64,000 nt of DNA from Verrucomicrobiota bacterium (GCA_038209745.1 JBBQXJ010000003.1:1-64000); one strand, 5' to 3'. Shown: positions 35,395-45,713, numbered from the stretch's first letter. Notes: generated by a model from the letters alone, not told the origin. A program made the numbers and translations.

Positions 35395-36008
35395 GGAACG
35401 AAAGTGATCGCGCAGCCGACGGCCCTGGCGGGCGCGTTGGTGACGGCGCGACCGGCCACGATGCAGTCCAGCACTTCGGCGAGGTCGCGCTGCGTGGGTT
35501 CGGTGCGTTTGACCCCGAACGCGGCGAAGCGGTCGTCGATGCGGCCGTGGTAGACCAACGCGTGGGCGGCGTTGAACACGGCGGCTTCCGGCGTGACCCG
35601 CGCTTGGGCGAGGCGCGCCAAGGCGGTCTTCGGATCGCGCAAAGCGGGGCCCGTGAGCTGGTAGTCCGCGAGTTGGCGGCGGATGTCCGCGATGGGCTCG
35701 TCCGGATCCGGATAGACCATCCAGAAGGCGATGCCCGTGCCGGAACACGTGTCGCGCAGGCGGCGGATCTCCGGCGCGTAGCTGTTGGAGACCGGGCAGT
35801 CGGTGCGGAGAAAGAAGAGAACCACCGGCTGGCCGGCAGCGAACGGATCTGCAGGCTTTCCGTCCAGATCGACCAGTCCGAGCGACGCGGGCTGGAGGGT
35901 GATCGCCGAGGCGTCCGTGGATGCGATGCCCGGTGCCGAAGGTTCGGGAGAACAACCCGGCTGCGTCATCAGTCCGGCAACGAGCACGAGCGGGCCCAGC
36001 CACGGCAT
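35391..36008 (-). CDS. Redoxin (AhpC/TSA-like) lipoprotein
   Basis: Lipobox-like QPGC; DCPVSNSY, TPEAAV, YHGRIDD, AVGCAI; ATGA overlap with the downstream gene. Confidence 0.85.
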   Translation of the reverse strand: MPWLGPLVLVAGLMTQPGCSPEPSAPGIASTDASAITLQPASLGLVDLDGKPADPFAAGQPVVLFFLRTDCPVSNSYAPEIRRLRDTCSGTGIAFWMVYPDPDEPIADIRRQLADYQLTGPALRDPKTALARLAQARVTPEAAVFNAAHALVYHGRIDDRFAAFGVKRTEPTQRDLAEVLDCIVAGRAVTNAPARAVGCAITFVP

Positions 36009-36226
36009 GAATCCGGGGCGAGGATCGGAGCAGATTGAACGGCGGGGCATGGTGTGGGCGTGTCGGGATTGATTTGTGCCGTTCGAAACCCGGGAAGTCT
36101 AGGGCCTGTCCACAGACTCTCCGTGGGCCGGGACGCCGGGCGGGGCTTGTTGGACAGGTTGGCGGCGGTTGACGCGGACCCAAACCACGTCAGTTTGTCC
36201 CTTCCCGTTTTCCGGGGTTGTTGTCG

Positions 36227-37468
36227 ATGAAGCCGTTTTCCGAACGTCCGCTGCTCCTGCTGCTCGCCGCCGTGCAGTTCACCCACATCATGGATTTCAT
36301 GATCCTGATGCCGCTGGGCCCTCAATTGATGCGCGATCTGAGCGTGTCGCCGGGGCAGTTCAGCAGCCTGGTCGCGGCCTACAGCATCACGGCGGGAATC
36401 GTTGGATTGCTGTTCGCGCCGTTCATCGACCGGTTTGATCGGCGGCCGTTGATCCTGATCGCGTATGCGGGGTTCGCCATGGGCACCCTGGCCTGTGCGT
36501 TGTCGACGACCTTCCACTCGCTGTTGATTGCGCGGGCGATTTGCGGCGGGTTCGGCGGCGTATCGGGGGCGCTCGTTTTGGCGATCGTCAGCGATCTGGT
36601 GCCACCGGAGCGTCGGGCAACGGGCATGGGGATCATCATGACGGCGTTCGCGATGGCGGCGGCGCTCGGGGTTCCGTTCGGGCTGTTTCTCGCGGGCCGG
36701 TTCGACTGGGAGGCGCCGTTCTTCATGACCGTGGGACTGGCGGTGGTGGTCTGGACCTTTCTGGCGCTGGGGCTGCCGTCGGTGAGGGGGCACATGGGCC
36801 AGGGCGGTGGGAGCCGGAAGTCGTTCGTGGAGCTGATCACGAACCCGAACGCCAACCGGGCGCTGCTCTTCATGGGCGCGCTGATCTTCGGCCACTTCGC
36901 CATCATTCCGCTGCTCTCGGCCTATCTCGTGGCCAACGTGGGTGTGCCGGAGAACCGCATCTTCCTCGTGTATCTCGTCGGAGGCGTGCTGACGGTCTTC
37001 ACGTCGCCGGTGGTGGGGCGGCTGGCGGATCGGGTGGGACATCGCCGGGTCTATGCGGTGCTGGTGAGCGTGGCGAGCCTGGTGACCTTGGCCATCAGCA
37101 ACTCCGGGCCCATGCCGCTGTGGGGCGTGCTGGCTTTGGCGGGGATGTTCTTCGTGTTCGCCAGCGGCCGGTTCGTGCCCGGGCAGGCGATCATGTCGCT
37201 GGCGGTGCAGCCTCGACAACGCGGCGCCTTCATGAGCCTGACCTCGTGCACGCGGGATCTCGGGGCGGGCATCACCACGGCGATGAGCGGTTGGATCGTG
37301 ACCACGGCGCCGGATGGACGACTGATCGGCTATCACTGGCTCGGCTGGCTGGCCGTCGGAGCGAACGTGGCGAGCCTTCTGGTGTTGCGTCGGGTGCGGG
37401 CGGTCGAAGGGGGGGGCGGTTCGTCGGCGAACACGATCGGCACGACCGAACAGCCGAACGCGGTTTGA
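36227..37468 (+). CDS. MFS transporter
   Basis: About 12 TM helices; DRFDRR and GRLADRVGHRR motif A. Confidence 0.92.
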   Translation: MKPFSERPLLLLLAAVQFTHIMDFMILMPLGPQLMRDLSVSPGQFSSLVAAYSITAGIVGLLFAPFIDRFDRRPLILIAYAGFAMGTLACALSTTFHSLLIARAICGGFGGVSGALVLAIVSDLVPPERRATGMGIIMTAFAMAAALGVPFGLFLAGRFDWEAPFFMTVGLAVVVWTFLALGLPSVRGHMGQGGGSRKSFVELITNPNANRALLFMGALIFGHFAIIPLLSAYLVANVGVPENRIFLVYLVGGVLTVFTSPVVGRLADRVGHRRVYAVLVSVASLVTLAISNSGPMPLWGVLALAGMFFVFASGRFVPGQAIMSLAVQPRQRGAFMSLTSCTRDLGAGITTAMSGWIVTTAPDGRLIGYHWLGWLAVGANVASLLVLRRVRAVEGGGGSSANTIGTTEQPNAV

Positions 37469-37511
37469 TCCGCTCCTTGACTTGGTTGGCGGTTCAGGAA
37501 ACGACAGGCGC

Positions 37512-38960
37512 GTGTCCCCGCTTCCGATCAACCTCTACGCGCAGTGGCGTGTCCGCAGTTCCCCCGCGACCGAGCTGCACGATCGGGTGGAGCGTCCGCC
37601 CGAAGAGTGGCTGCAACGGGTCTGGCACCATCAGCGGCTGAAGCGCGAGTCGCTCCGGTTGCTGGATGGGCGGCGTCTGCGGGTGCTGCATCCGGGATTT
37701 CGCAGTCTGGAGGGCGGGCCGGACTTTCGCGACGCGGTCATCCAGATCGAAGGCGAGGCGGCGTGCGCGGGAGACCTGGAAGTGGACGTGGACGCCGCGG
37801 GCTGGAAGCACCACGGGCACGACCGCAATCCGGCCTTCGCGAAGGTCGTTCTCCATGTCGTCTGGAACGCGCCGACGGAGGCCGCGCAGCCGTTGCCGAC
37901 GCTGGTGCTCTCTTCGGTGCTGGATGCGCCGTTGGGCGAGATCGTCGCGTGGACCGAGGGCGAGCCGGGTTGGGCGGACGAGTTTCTCGGTCGCTGCTGT
38001 TCGCCGTTGCAGGCGTTGGACACGGAGCGGTTGGGCGAATTGCTGCGACAGGCGGCCCAGGTGCGGTTGGAGCGGAAGGCGCAGAATTTCGCGCGGCGGG
38101 CCCGGGACGAGGGCTGGGAACAAGCGCTCTGGGAAGGGCTCTTCCGCGCGTTGGGCTACAAGCACAATGCTTGGCCGATGCAGCGCTTGGCGGAGCTGTT
38201 GCCGGGCCTGGCGGAGGCGGACCGGGCGGTGGCGTCGTTGCAGGCGCGGTTTTTGGGGCTGGCGGGATTGCTGCCGCATGAACTGCCGGCGAATTCGCTC
38301 AGGGAAGCACGGCCGTTTTGGGACACGTGGTGGCGCGAGCGGGATCGATGGCGCGAGAACGTCTTGCCGCCGGTGGTGTGGCGCATGCACGGGCTCCGGC
38401 CGGCGAACCAGCCGCAGCGGAGACTGGCCTTGGCGGCGCATTGGCTCGCGCGGCCGAAATTCGTCGCGGATCTCGAGGAATGGTTTCTCGGTTCAGGCAA
38501 ACCGTCGGCGTTGCTGCAGGTGCTCCAAGGGGGAGAAGACGATTTCTGGGAGCGGCACTGGACCCTACGGAGCGTGCGGATGGCGAAGCCGCAGCCGCTG
38601 CTGGGCGGAGCACGGGCCACGGATCTGGCGATCAACGTGGTCCTGCCGTGGTTCCGCGCGCGGGCGGAAGCGGGCGGCAACGCCGGCCTGGTGACTCGGG
38701 CGGACGCGCTTTTCCAACGATGGCCGGCGGGCGAGGACAACTCGAAGCTGAAGCAGGCGCGGGTGCGGCTGTTGGGCGGCGCGCGGCGCGACCTGAAGGC
38801 GACCGCCGCCTTGCAGCAGGGATTGCTCCAGATTCTACAGGACTTCTGCGGGCGGGCGGACGCGCTCTGTTCCGGATGCCGGTTCCCGGACCTGGTGCGG
38901 GGCCTCAGCCCGGGCCCCGGGCCAGCAGTTGCCGACGGGCGGACTGGAGGCGATGGATGA
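37512..38960 (+). CDS. DUF2851 family protein
   Basis: EEWLQRVW, HPG...GGPDF, GDLEVD, WKHHGH, VVLHVVW, RPANQPQRRL, C-terminal Cys cluster. Confidence 0.85.
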   Translation: MSPLPINLYAQWRVRSSPATELHDRVERPPEEWLQRVWHHQRLKRESLRLLDGRRLRVLHPGFRSLEGGPDFRDAVIQIEGEAACAGDLEVDVDAAGWKHHGHDRNPAFAKVVLHVVWNAPTEAAQPLPTLVLSSVLDAPLGEIVAWTEGEPGWADEFLGRCCSPLQALDTERLGELLRQAAQVRLERKAQNFARRARDEGWEQALWEGLFRALGYKHNAWPMQRLAELLPGLAEADRAVASLQARFLGLAGLLPHELPANSLREARPFWDTWWRERDRWRENVLPPVVWRMHGLRPANQPQRRLALAAHWLARPKFVADLEEWFLGSGKPSALLQVLQGGEDDFWERHWTLRSVRMAKPQPLLGGARATDLAINVVLPWFRARAEAGGNAGLVTRADALFQRWPAGEDNSKLKQARVRLLGGARRDLKATAALQQGLLQILQDFCGRADALCSGCRFPDLVRGLSPGPGPAVADGRTGGDG

Positions 38961-39384
38961 TGACGGTGCTCATGCGCAGGAGCAGTTCGTAGCCGAGGTC
39001 GTGGTTGACCTCGCACTCTTCGCGGAGGCGGGTTCCGTAGAAGAAGATCGCCTCGACCGGCTCGACGGCCCGGGCGTCGAAGTTCCAGTAGTAGGGAGGG
39101 AAGAGCCAGGACCAGCCGAGCACGTCGCCGGGGCCGATGGTCTGCAGGATCGTTTCGGGGCCGTCGACGTTCGACGAGGACAGGGTCACCTGGCCGGAGA
39201 GGATGAGATAGAAGCGGTTGGCGGGATCGCCTTCGCGGAAGATGGCTTCTCCGGTGCCGAACGAGGCCTTCATGGCGTAGGCGCCGAGCGTGTCGAGCAT
39301 CGCCGGCGACAGGTCCCGCAGAAGGGGGTGGGTGGCGATGGCCTTGCGGAGCTCGGATTCTCCGGCGGGTGGGGTCGAGTTCAT
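38905..39384 (-). CDS. Stand-alone cyclic nucleotide-binding domain protein
   Basis: IFREGDPANRFYLILSGQV, GPGDVLGWSWLFPPYYWNFDARA; no HTH; start ATG 39384. Confidence 0.88.
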   Translation of the reverse strand: MNSTPPAGESELRKAIATHPLLRDLSPAMLDTLGAYAMKASFGTGEAIFREGDPANRFYLILSGQVTLSSSNVDGPETILQTIGPGDVLGWSWLFPPYYWNFDARAVEPVEAIFFYGTRLREECEVNHDLGYELLLRMSTVIIHRLQSARRQLLARGPG

Positions 39385-39425
39385 GGTGTGGCTTGAGTTG
39401 AGTCTGTTCCGGAAGCAGGAGTCGT

Positions 39426-40316
39426 TCAGAAAACCTCGGCCTTCAAGTCCGAGATCCGTCGCACGGTCCGGGCGATGTCGGAGAGGACCTTGAGCGGTAG
39501 ATGGCCGATAGCGGGATTGTTCGTCGGCCGGGTAGCCGAATAGATCTGGACGGAGCGGATCTGGGCGCCGTGTTTGCGGAGGCTGCGAAGACGCTCGGCA
39601 TAGGCGGCGATCTCGTCCGGCGTCGGACCTTGGCCATGGAGACTCGCGAAGAGGCTTTGGATGGTCACTGGGCGCCGCCGCGCCAGGGTGAGGATGTTGC
39701 CGAGCGCGGCTTCCAGCGTGGTGGTCTCCGGGTGGTTGATCTGGTCCATGTAGGGCTGGGTGCCGGCGTCGAGCTTGACCCAGATCTCGTCGCGGGAGGT
39801 CAGCAGGGAGAGGCCGCGCTCCACCTCCGGGTGGTCGAGGCGGGAACCGTTCGTCACGAGCACCAGCTTGAAGAATCCCTCGGGTCGACAGGCCCGGACG
39901 TGGACGACGGTCTCGATCGCCTCGGCGAACCGTTCGGACAGGGTCGGTTCTCCGTCGCCGCTGATGGCGACGTGGCGGAGCTCCAGCAGACTGCCCGGCA
40001 GGCTGTCGTAGGGCGGGCGTCGGCCGAGCTCGCCGGTGTGGACCCGGGAGAGCATCGCGTTGAGCTCGGCGGCAAGCGTGGCGAGATCGAGCGGGTCGGT
40101 GTGCCGGGGATGGAGGCGGTCCACCTCGCAGTAGGCGCAGTCGAAGTTGCAGCGGGCGTCGGGCGTGAGATCCACGCCGACCGAGAGACCTCGGGCACGG
40201 GGCGAAACGACGGTGTAGACGAAGCGGTTCCGGAAGAAGTTCCGGAGGCAACCGCCGGACGTGCAGGGTCCGGCGAGAACCCGGGTGCCGGCCGGGGGCG
40301 GTGTCTCGATGGACAT
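39426..40316 (-). CDS. Radical SAM protein
   Basis: CNFDCAYC (CxxxCxxC), SGDGEPT, LVTNGS, WVKLDAG; start ATG 40316. Confidence 0.9.
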   Translation of the reverse strand: MSIETPPPAGTRVLAGPCTSGGCLRNFFRNRFVYTVVSPRARGLSVGVDLTPDARCNFDCAYCEVDRLHPRHTDPLDLATLAAELNAMLSRVHTGELGRRPPYDSLPGSLLELRHVAISGDGEPTLSERFAEAIETVVHVRACRPEGFFKLVLVTNGSRLDHPEVERGLSLLTSRDEIWVKLDAGTQPYMDQINHPETTTLEAALGNILTLARRRPVTIQSLFASLHGQGPTPDEIAAYAERLRSLRKHGAQIRSVQIYSATRPTNNPAIGHLPLKVLSDIARTVRRISDLKAEVF

Positions 40317-40330
40317 CGGGATCACAGGCG

Positions 40331-40885
40331 TCAGGCCTTCTTGACGGGCTTCTTGGGCTCGACGCTGCGAAGCACCAGCACGGGACAGGGCGCGTAGCGC
40401 ACGACATTCTCCGCCGTGCTGCCGAGGAGGACGTGTTTCAACCCGGTATAGCCGTGGGTGGAGATGACGATGAGGTCCGTCTTCTCCGCAGCGGCCACGT
40501 CCGCGATGACCCGCGAGGATCGTCCGGAGCGGACCATGTATTTGGCGGAGACTCCTTCGGCTTGGGAGGACTGGGCCATCTGTTCGAGCCGCTGTTCCGC
40601 GCCGGCCAGGAGGTCGCGTTCCAGCGCGGCCTGGTCGAAGACCGCGACGTCCGCATAGGCGTAGTTGATCTCGACGACGTGGAGCAGGATCACGGATCCG
40701 CCGGCCTGTTTCGCCAAGGCCGTGGCCTGGGCGACGGCCCGGGCGGAATTCTCCGAAAAATCGACGGGAACGAGGAAGCGGCGCATGGCCAGCGGGGGAG
40801 TGACTGCCTGGGCGAGGATCGGGGCGTCGGAACGGCCCTTTTCCATCGCTGCTTTGCCGCGTTTTTTGGAGGATTTCACATTCAT
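40331..40885 (-). CDS. Universal stress protein
   Basis: FLVPVDFSENS, LLHVVE, DLIVISTHGYTGLKHVLLGSTAENVVRYAPCPVLV. Confidence 0.93.
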   Translation of the reverse strand: MNVKSSKKRGKAAMEKGRSDAPILAQAVTPPLAMRRFLVPVDFSENSARAVAQATALAKQAGGSVILLHVVEINYAYADVAVFDQAALERDLLAGAEQRLEQMAQSSQAEGVSAKYMVRSGRSSRVIADVAAAEKTDLIVISTHGYTGLKHVLLGSTAENVVRYAPCPVLVLRSVEPKKPVKKA

Positions 40886-41063
40886 GGTTGGGTGGCCGCC
40901 GGGCGACCGGCGATCGGGGTTTGGAGTTGTCGCTGTTGCAATCGACACCCAAAGCGCCAGTCCGGCCACACCCTCGTTGCGGTTGATGCACCGGATTTGG
41001 CGTTCGACGTGGAATGCGGGGCAGTGGATCGGAGGCATTGAGTTCGCTTGGTTTCCCGACAGG

Positions 41064-41418
41064 ATGCAGCGCGTGACGAGGCGAAGGTGGATCATCGGAG
41101 GCCGGGTGGCGTTGCTCTGTCTGATCGGAGCCGTGGTTGGGACGTGGCTGTCGACGCGGGGGCCGGTGTTTCGAGGGAAGACCGAGAGCGAGTGGGTCGC
41201 CGAGATCCGCAACGGCAGCCAGGGACCGATCACTCCAGACACCGATCCGATCCGGGATCGGTTCGGCGAGATGGGGACCGAGGTCGTCCTGTTTCTGGGA
41301 AAGGCGCTGGTCCCAAGCGAACCAAGTCGTCCGGGTGCTGATGAACTTGCTTCATCCCTACACCGGTCCGAGCGAAGCGGCGGCGCAGAAGGCTTTGGAG
41401 AAGCTCGAGTCGGAGTAG
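41064..41418 (+). pseudogene. Internally deleted, frameshifted HEAT-repeat membrane protein gene
   Basis: One frame gives a TM helix plus PVFRGKTESEW...MGTEVVLFL; a second frame gives a HEAT-like end VVRVLMNLL...AAAQKALEKL*. Confidence 0.45.
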
Positions 41419-41503
41419 CGGCGGACGCCGGGTTGGGGATCTACAGGCTTTAGGCCCCGCAGGGCCGTCGCATCAAAAATGGCTTCGTCAGCGAGCCGTC
41501 GCC

Positions 41504-41803
41504 TTATCGCCCGTTGATCAGCGTCAGGAGTCCGGGGAAGTGCGCTTCCAGCTCTGCCGTGCGGATGGACGACAGGCACTTGGTGCCTTCCATGTTGGTG
41601 TCGATCAGGCCGGCGGCGCGCAGCACTTCGAAGTGGTGGGAAAGGGTGGCTTTGCTCACATCCAGCGTCACCTCGTTGCAGGCGAGCGGGCGCTCGGCCT
41701 GCAAGAGTTCCTGCACGATCGTGAGCCGGCCGGGATCGGACAACGCCTGCATGACCGTCGGCAGCGAGACGTCTTCCATCGCGGGATGGGAGTAGGTTTT
41801 CAA
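41504..41803 (-). CDS. ArsR/SmtB family transcriptional regulator
   Basis: MQALSDPGRLTIV, SKATLSHHFEVLRAAGLI, FPGLL. Confidence 0.9.
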   Translation of the reverse strand: MKTYSHPAMEDVSLPTVMQALSDPGRLTIVQELLQAERPLACNEVTLDVSKATLSHHFEVLRAAGLIDTNMEGTKCLSSIRTAELEAHFPGLLTLINGR

Positions 41804-41830
41804 GTCGCGGTCACGGTGTCATTGGATGTA

Positions 41831-41900
41831 TAGTTCGACAATGATCGAATTATGTTTTGACGCCGTTGCCGAGGTGCGTTAGTTCGATGTGTATCGAACA
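41831..41900. promoter_or_regulatory. Two TTCGA-N6-TCGAA operator palindromes
   Basis: TAGTTCGAcaatgaTCGAATTA (41831..41852) and GTTCGATgtgtATCGAAC (41882..41899) between the divergent ArsR and reductase genes. Confidence 0.7.
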
Positions 41901-41988
41901 AGAGCCGGGTCGGGTGAAGTTCGGTCCCCGGGGAATCCCGGGCAACTGGCCGCCGACCCGGTCGACGTCGAACACCACGTTTCACTTT

Positions 41989-43053
41989 ATGCCTACCCTC
42001 TTTGATCCCGTCCGTATCGGTGCCTGGAACTTGCCCAACCGCTTCGTCATGGCCCCGCTCACCCGCACCCGCGCCGGTGATGAACGCATTCCCAACGCGC
42101 TCATGGCCGAATACTACCGGCAGCGCGCTTCCGCCGGATTGATCCTCTCCGAGGCCACATCCGTGACGGCGATGGGCGTGGGCTATCCGAGGACGCCGGG
42201 CATCTGGTCGGAGGAGCAAGTGGCCGGTTGGAAGCTGGTAACCAGCGCGGTGCATCAAGCGGGCGGACGGATTCTTCTTCAGCTTTGGCACGTGGGCCGC
42301 ATGTCGGATCCGATCTACTTGAACGGCGCCTTGCCCGTCGCTCCGAGCGCCGTCGCGCCGAAGGGCCACGTCAGTCTCGTGCGGCCGGAGAAGTCATTCG
42401 TCACCCCGCGGGCGCTGGAGCGCTCGGAGATTCCCGGAGTCATCGCGGCCTATCGCAAGGGCGCCGAGAACGCCCAGCGCGCTGGATTTGACGGCGTAGA
42501 ACTGCACGGTGCCAATGGCTACCTCCTCGACCAGTTCCTCCAGGACAAGACCAATCTCCGCACGGACGACTACGGTGGCCCGATCGAGAACCGCGCCCGG
42601 CTGATGCTGGAAGCGGCCGACGCCGCGATCTCCGTTTGGGGCGCGGATCGAGTGGGGATGCACCTCGCGCCGCGCGGCGATGCGCACGACATGGGCGACT
42701 CGGATCCGGCTGCGACCTTCGGCTACGTGGCGAGAGAACTGGGCCGGCGCAAGCTCGCCTTCCTCTGTGCCCGCGAAGCACTCGGAGACAACCGTCTCGG
42801 ACCCGGGTTGAAAGCGGCGTTCGGCGGAGCCTACATCGCCAACGAGCGGTTCACGCAGGAGACGGCCAACCAGGTGATCGCCGCCGGTGAAGCGGACGCC
42901 GTGGCCTTCGGCATCCCGTTCATCGCGAACCCCGATCTGCCCGAGCGGTTCCGTCAGAACGCGCCGCTCAATGAACCCGACCGCACGACGTTCTATGCTC
43001 CGGACGCGAAGGGCTACACGGACTATCCGGCGCTGAGCCTGGTCAACGCGTGA
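41989..43053 (+). CDS. Alkene reductase (Old Yellow Enzyme / NemA family)
   Basis: [53 protein letters not shown]; start ATG 41989. Confidence 0.94.
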   Translation: MPTLFDPVRIGAWNLPNRFVMAPLTRTRAGDERIPNALMAEYYRQRASAGLILSEATSVTAMGVGYPRTPGIWSEEQVAGWKLVTSAVHQAGGRILLQLWHVGRMSDPIYLNGALPVAPSAVAPKGHVSLVRPEKSFVTPRALERSEIPGVIAAYRKGAENAQRAGFDGVELHGANGYLLDQFLQDKTNLRTDDYGGPIENRARLMLEAADAAISVWGADRVGMHLAPRGDAHDMGDSDPAATFGYVARELGRRKLAFLCAREALGDNRLGPGLKAAFGGAYIANERFTQETANQVIAAGEADAVAFGIPFIANPDLPERFRQNAPLNEPDRTTFYAPDAKGYTDYPALSLVNA

Positions 43054-44075
43054 ATCCTCCGCGCTCCATGACGCTGTCCGTCCTTGATCTCGCCTCGGTC
43101 CGCGAAGGAGGAACGATCGGTGAAAGCTTCGAGCGGACGGTGGCCTTGGCGCGGCAGGTGGAGGCGCTCGGGTTTCGCCGATTCTGGCTGGCGGAACACC
43201 ACAACATGCCGGGCATCGCCAGCGCGGCGACGTCGGTCCTCATCGGCCACGTCGCCGGGGCGACCAAGACCCTGCGGGTCGGCTCCGGTGGCATCATGTT
43301 GCCGAACCACGCGCCATTGGTGGTGGCCGAACACTTCGGCACGCTGGAGGCGTTGTATCCGGGGCGGATCGATTTGGGACTGGGCCGTGCGCCGGGCTCG
43401 GATCCCCTGGCGGCGCACGCGCTGGGACGGAACGCGTCGGCGGGCGACCGGTTTCCGGAACAGGTCCAGCAGCTCCTCCGGTTCCTCGGTCCAGTGGAGG
43501 CCGGTCAGCGTGTCCAAGCGGTGCCCGGCGCCGGCTCGAACGTTCCGGTCTGGCTGCTCGGTTCCAGCACCTTCAGCGCGCATCTGGCCGGCACGCTGGG
43601 ATTGCCCTTCGCCTTTGCCGCGCAGTTCGCTCCCCGGTTTCTGCACGAGGCGCTCGACGTCTATCGCGAACAGTTCCGGCCGTCGGCTGCCTTGGACAAA
43701 CCCTATGCGATGGTCGGCCTGCCGGTGATCGCCGCGCCGACGGACGAGGAAGCGCACTACATGGCGACCTCCGCCTTTCAACGCGTGCTGCGGTTGCGCC
43801 GTGGCCAGCCCATCTACGTGCCGCCGCCCGTCGAGACGATGGACGGTTTGTGGAACGAAATGGAGCGGGCCATGGTGGAAGAACACTTCGGCGCCGCGAT
43901 CATCGGTGGACCGGAAACGGTCGGGATCCGACTGAAGGCCCTCCAGAAGGAAACCGGTGCCGATGAACTGATGCTGCACTCCGAGTTTTACCGGCACGAA
44001 GACCGGTTGCGTTCCTACGGGATCGTGGCGGACCTTCTCCTGAAACAACCGGGCCCCACGCCCATCACTCCCTAG
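43050..44075 (+). CDS. LLM class flavin-dependent oxidoreductase (luciferase-like)
   Basis: [35 protein letters not shown]. Confidence 0.93.
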   Translation: MNPPRSMTLSVLDLASVREGGTIGESFERTVALARQVEALGFRRFWLAEHHNMPGIASAATSVLIGHVAGATKTLRVGSGGIMLPNHAPLVVAEHFGTLEALYPGRIDLGLGRAPGSDPLAAHALGRNASAGDRFPEQVQQLLRFLGPVEAGQRVQAVPGAGSNVPVWLLGSSTFSAHLAGTLGLPFAFAAQFAPRFLHEALDVYREQFRPSAALDKPYAMVGLPVIAAPTDEEAHYMATSAFQRVLRLRRGQPIYVPPPVETMDGLWNEMERAMVEEHFGAAIIGGPETVGIRLKALQKETGADELMLHSEFYRHEDRLRSYGIVADLLLKQPGPTPITP

Positions 44076-44082
44076 ACAGACC

Positions 44083-45114
44083 ATGGAATACAGACAACTG
44101 GGCGGATCCGGCTTGAAGGTGCCGGTCCTGACATACGGCACCGGCACGTTCGGCGGCGGCAACGAGTTCTTCAAAGCCTTCGGCACGAGCGGCGCCGCCG
44201 AAGCCACGCGGCTGGTGGACATCTGCCTCGAAGCGGGCGTCACGATGTTCGACAGTGCTGACGTGTATTCGGGGGGCATGGCGGAGGAAATCCTGGGCCA
44301 GGCCATCAAGGGCCGCCGCGACCACGTGCTCGTTTCCACCAAGGGCACTTTCCGAATGGGCGACGGGCCGAACGACGTCGGCTCCTCGCGGTTCCATATT
44401 GTCCGGGCAGTGGAGGCCAGCCTGCGCCGGCTCGGCACGGACCACGTCGATCTTTATCAGCTCCACGGCTTCGACGCGTTGACACCGGTTGAGGAGGTGT
44501 TGTCCGCGCTCAACGACCTCGTGCGCGCCGGCAAGATCCGCTATGTCGGCTGCTCGAACTTCTCCGGCTGGCATCTGATGAAGTCGCTCTCCGTCTCCGA
44601 GCGCTACGGCTGGTCGCGCTACGTCGCCCACCAGGCCTATTACTCGCTCGTCGGCCGCGACTACGAATGGGAGCTGATGCCGCTGGGGCTCGATCAGAAA
44701 GTCGGCGCCGTCGTCTGGAGCCCGCTCGGTTGGGCCCGGTTGACCGGCAAGATCCGCCGCAGCCAGCCCCTGCCGGAGACCAGCCGCTTGCACACCGCCG
44801 TCACCAAGGACGCCGGCCCGCCCGTGGATGAGGAATACCTTTACCGTGTGGTCGATGTGCTCGATGCCATCTCGGTCGAGACCGGCAAGACCGTGCCGCA
44901 GATCGCGCTGAACTGGGTGGTCGGTCGGCCCAGCGTGTCCACCGTCATTGTCGGTGCGCGCAATGAAACGCAGCTTCGCCAGAATCTCGGCGCCGTCGGT
45001 TGGAGCCTGACGCCCGAACAGGTGAAGCGCTTGGACGAAGCCAGTGCCACCAAGCTGCCGTATCCCTACTTCCATCAGCACGGCTTCGAGCGGAACCCAC
45101 CACCGGTCGCCTGA
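44083..45114 (+). CDS. Aldo/keto reductase
   Basis: LGGSGLKV, FDSADVYSGG, DLYQLH, GCSNFSGW, WSPLG. Confidence 0.94.
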   Translation: MEYRQLGGSGLKVPVLTYGTGTFGGGNEFFKAFGTSGAAEATRLVDICLEAGVTMFDSADVYSGGMAEEILGQAIKGRRDHVLVSTKGTFRMGDGPNDVGSSRFHIVRAVEASLRRLGTDHVDLYQLHGFDALTPVEEVLSALNDLVRAGKIRYVGCSNFSGWHLMKSLSVSERYGWSRYVAHQAYYSLVGRDYEWELMPLGLDQKVGAVVWSPLGWARLTGKIRRSQPLPETSRLHTAVTKDAGPPVDEEYLYRVVDVLDAISVETGKTVPQIALNWVVGRPSVSTVIVGARNETQLRQNLGAVGWSLTPEQVKRLDEASATKLPYPYFHQHGFERNPPPVA

Positions 45115-45119
45115 TCCAC

Positions 45120-45146
45120 CGCAGCCGCCGAGGTGACGAGGCGGAC
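45120..45146 (+). repeat. Single degenerate copy of the GTAGCCGCCG-type REP
   Basis: CGCAGCCGCCGAGGTGACGAGGCGGAC resembles arm 1 of 32595..32671. Confidence 0.5.
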
Positions 45147-45169
45147 TTGTCCGAAGACTCCATACTCCC

Positions 45170-45625
45170 ATGCCCAACACCACCTCTCCCGATCTGACCC
45201 AACGTCCGCCCCGCAGCATGCGCTGCCGCCTCGGCGGCTTCGCCATCCTCCCGCGGATCCTCGACAAATGCCGCGCCACCATCGCCGGCAAACACGGCGC
45301 CTATCGCTACAATGGTTCCATGGACCAGTATTTCTTCCGCTTCACCGGCATCGATGCCGAGGCGCTGAAGACCGAGGTCGCCACCGGCAAGGGCGACGGC
45401 GACATCCTCGACTGGATCCAGGCCAACGCGAAGACGCCGCGCGCGCCGTGGGAGATCCAGCAATGGAGCGACTACCACGACCGACGCACGCCCGACAGCG
45501 ACAACGAGACGCTGCTCGAATTCGCGGAGATGGTGGCCAAGTTCAGCAAGACCCGCGAAGACATCCGCACCTGGGCCGATCTGCTGGACCTGGACGACCA
45601 TTGCACGTTTGGCGGACTGGCGTGA
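45170..45625 (+). CDS. DUF5069 family protein
   Basis: DLTQRPPRS, LPRILDKCRA, DQYFFRFTGID, WADLLDLDD. Confidence 0.85.
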   Translation: MPNTTSPDLTQRPPRSMRCRLGGFAILPRILDKCRATIAGKHGAYRYNGSMDQYFFRFTGIDAEALKTEVATGKGDGDILDWIQANAKTPRAPWEIQQWSDYHDRRTPDSDNETLLEFAEMVAKFSKTREDIRTWADLLDLDDHCTFGGLA

Positions 45626-45713
45626 CCAGGTCCGGCGACCGCAGGGGACGTGCGCGTTCCTCCCCCGTTTTTGGGTGATGACGGTGGCGGCTTCCGGCTC
45701 CAATTTGTGCTAA

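Noticed and set aside
38905..40991. 500-aa and 521-aa ORFs suggesting large cNMP or radical SAM fusions
   Set aside because: The N-terminal parts are alternate-frame read-through of upstream genes; real starts are near 39384 and 40316.
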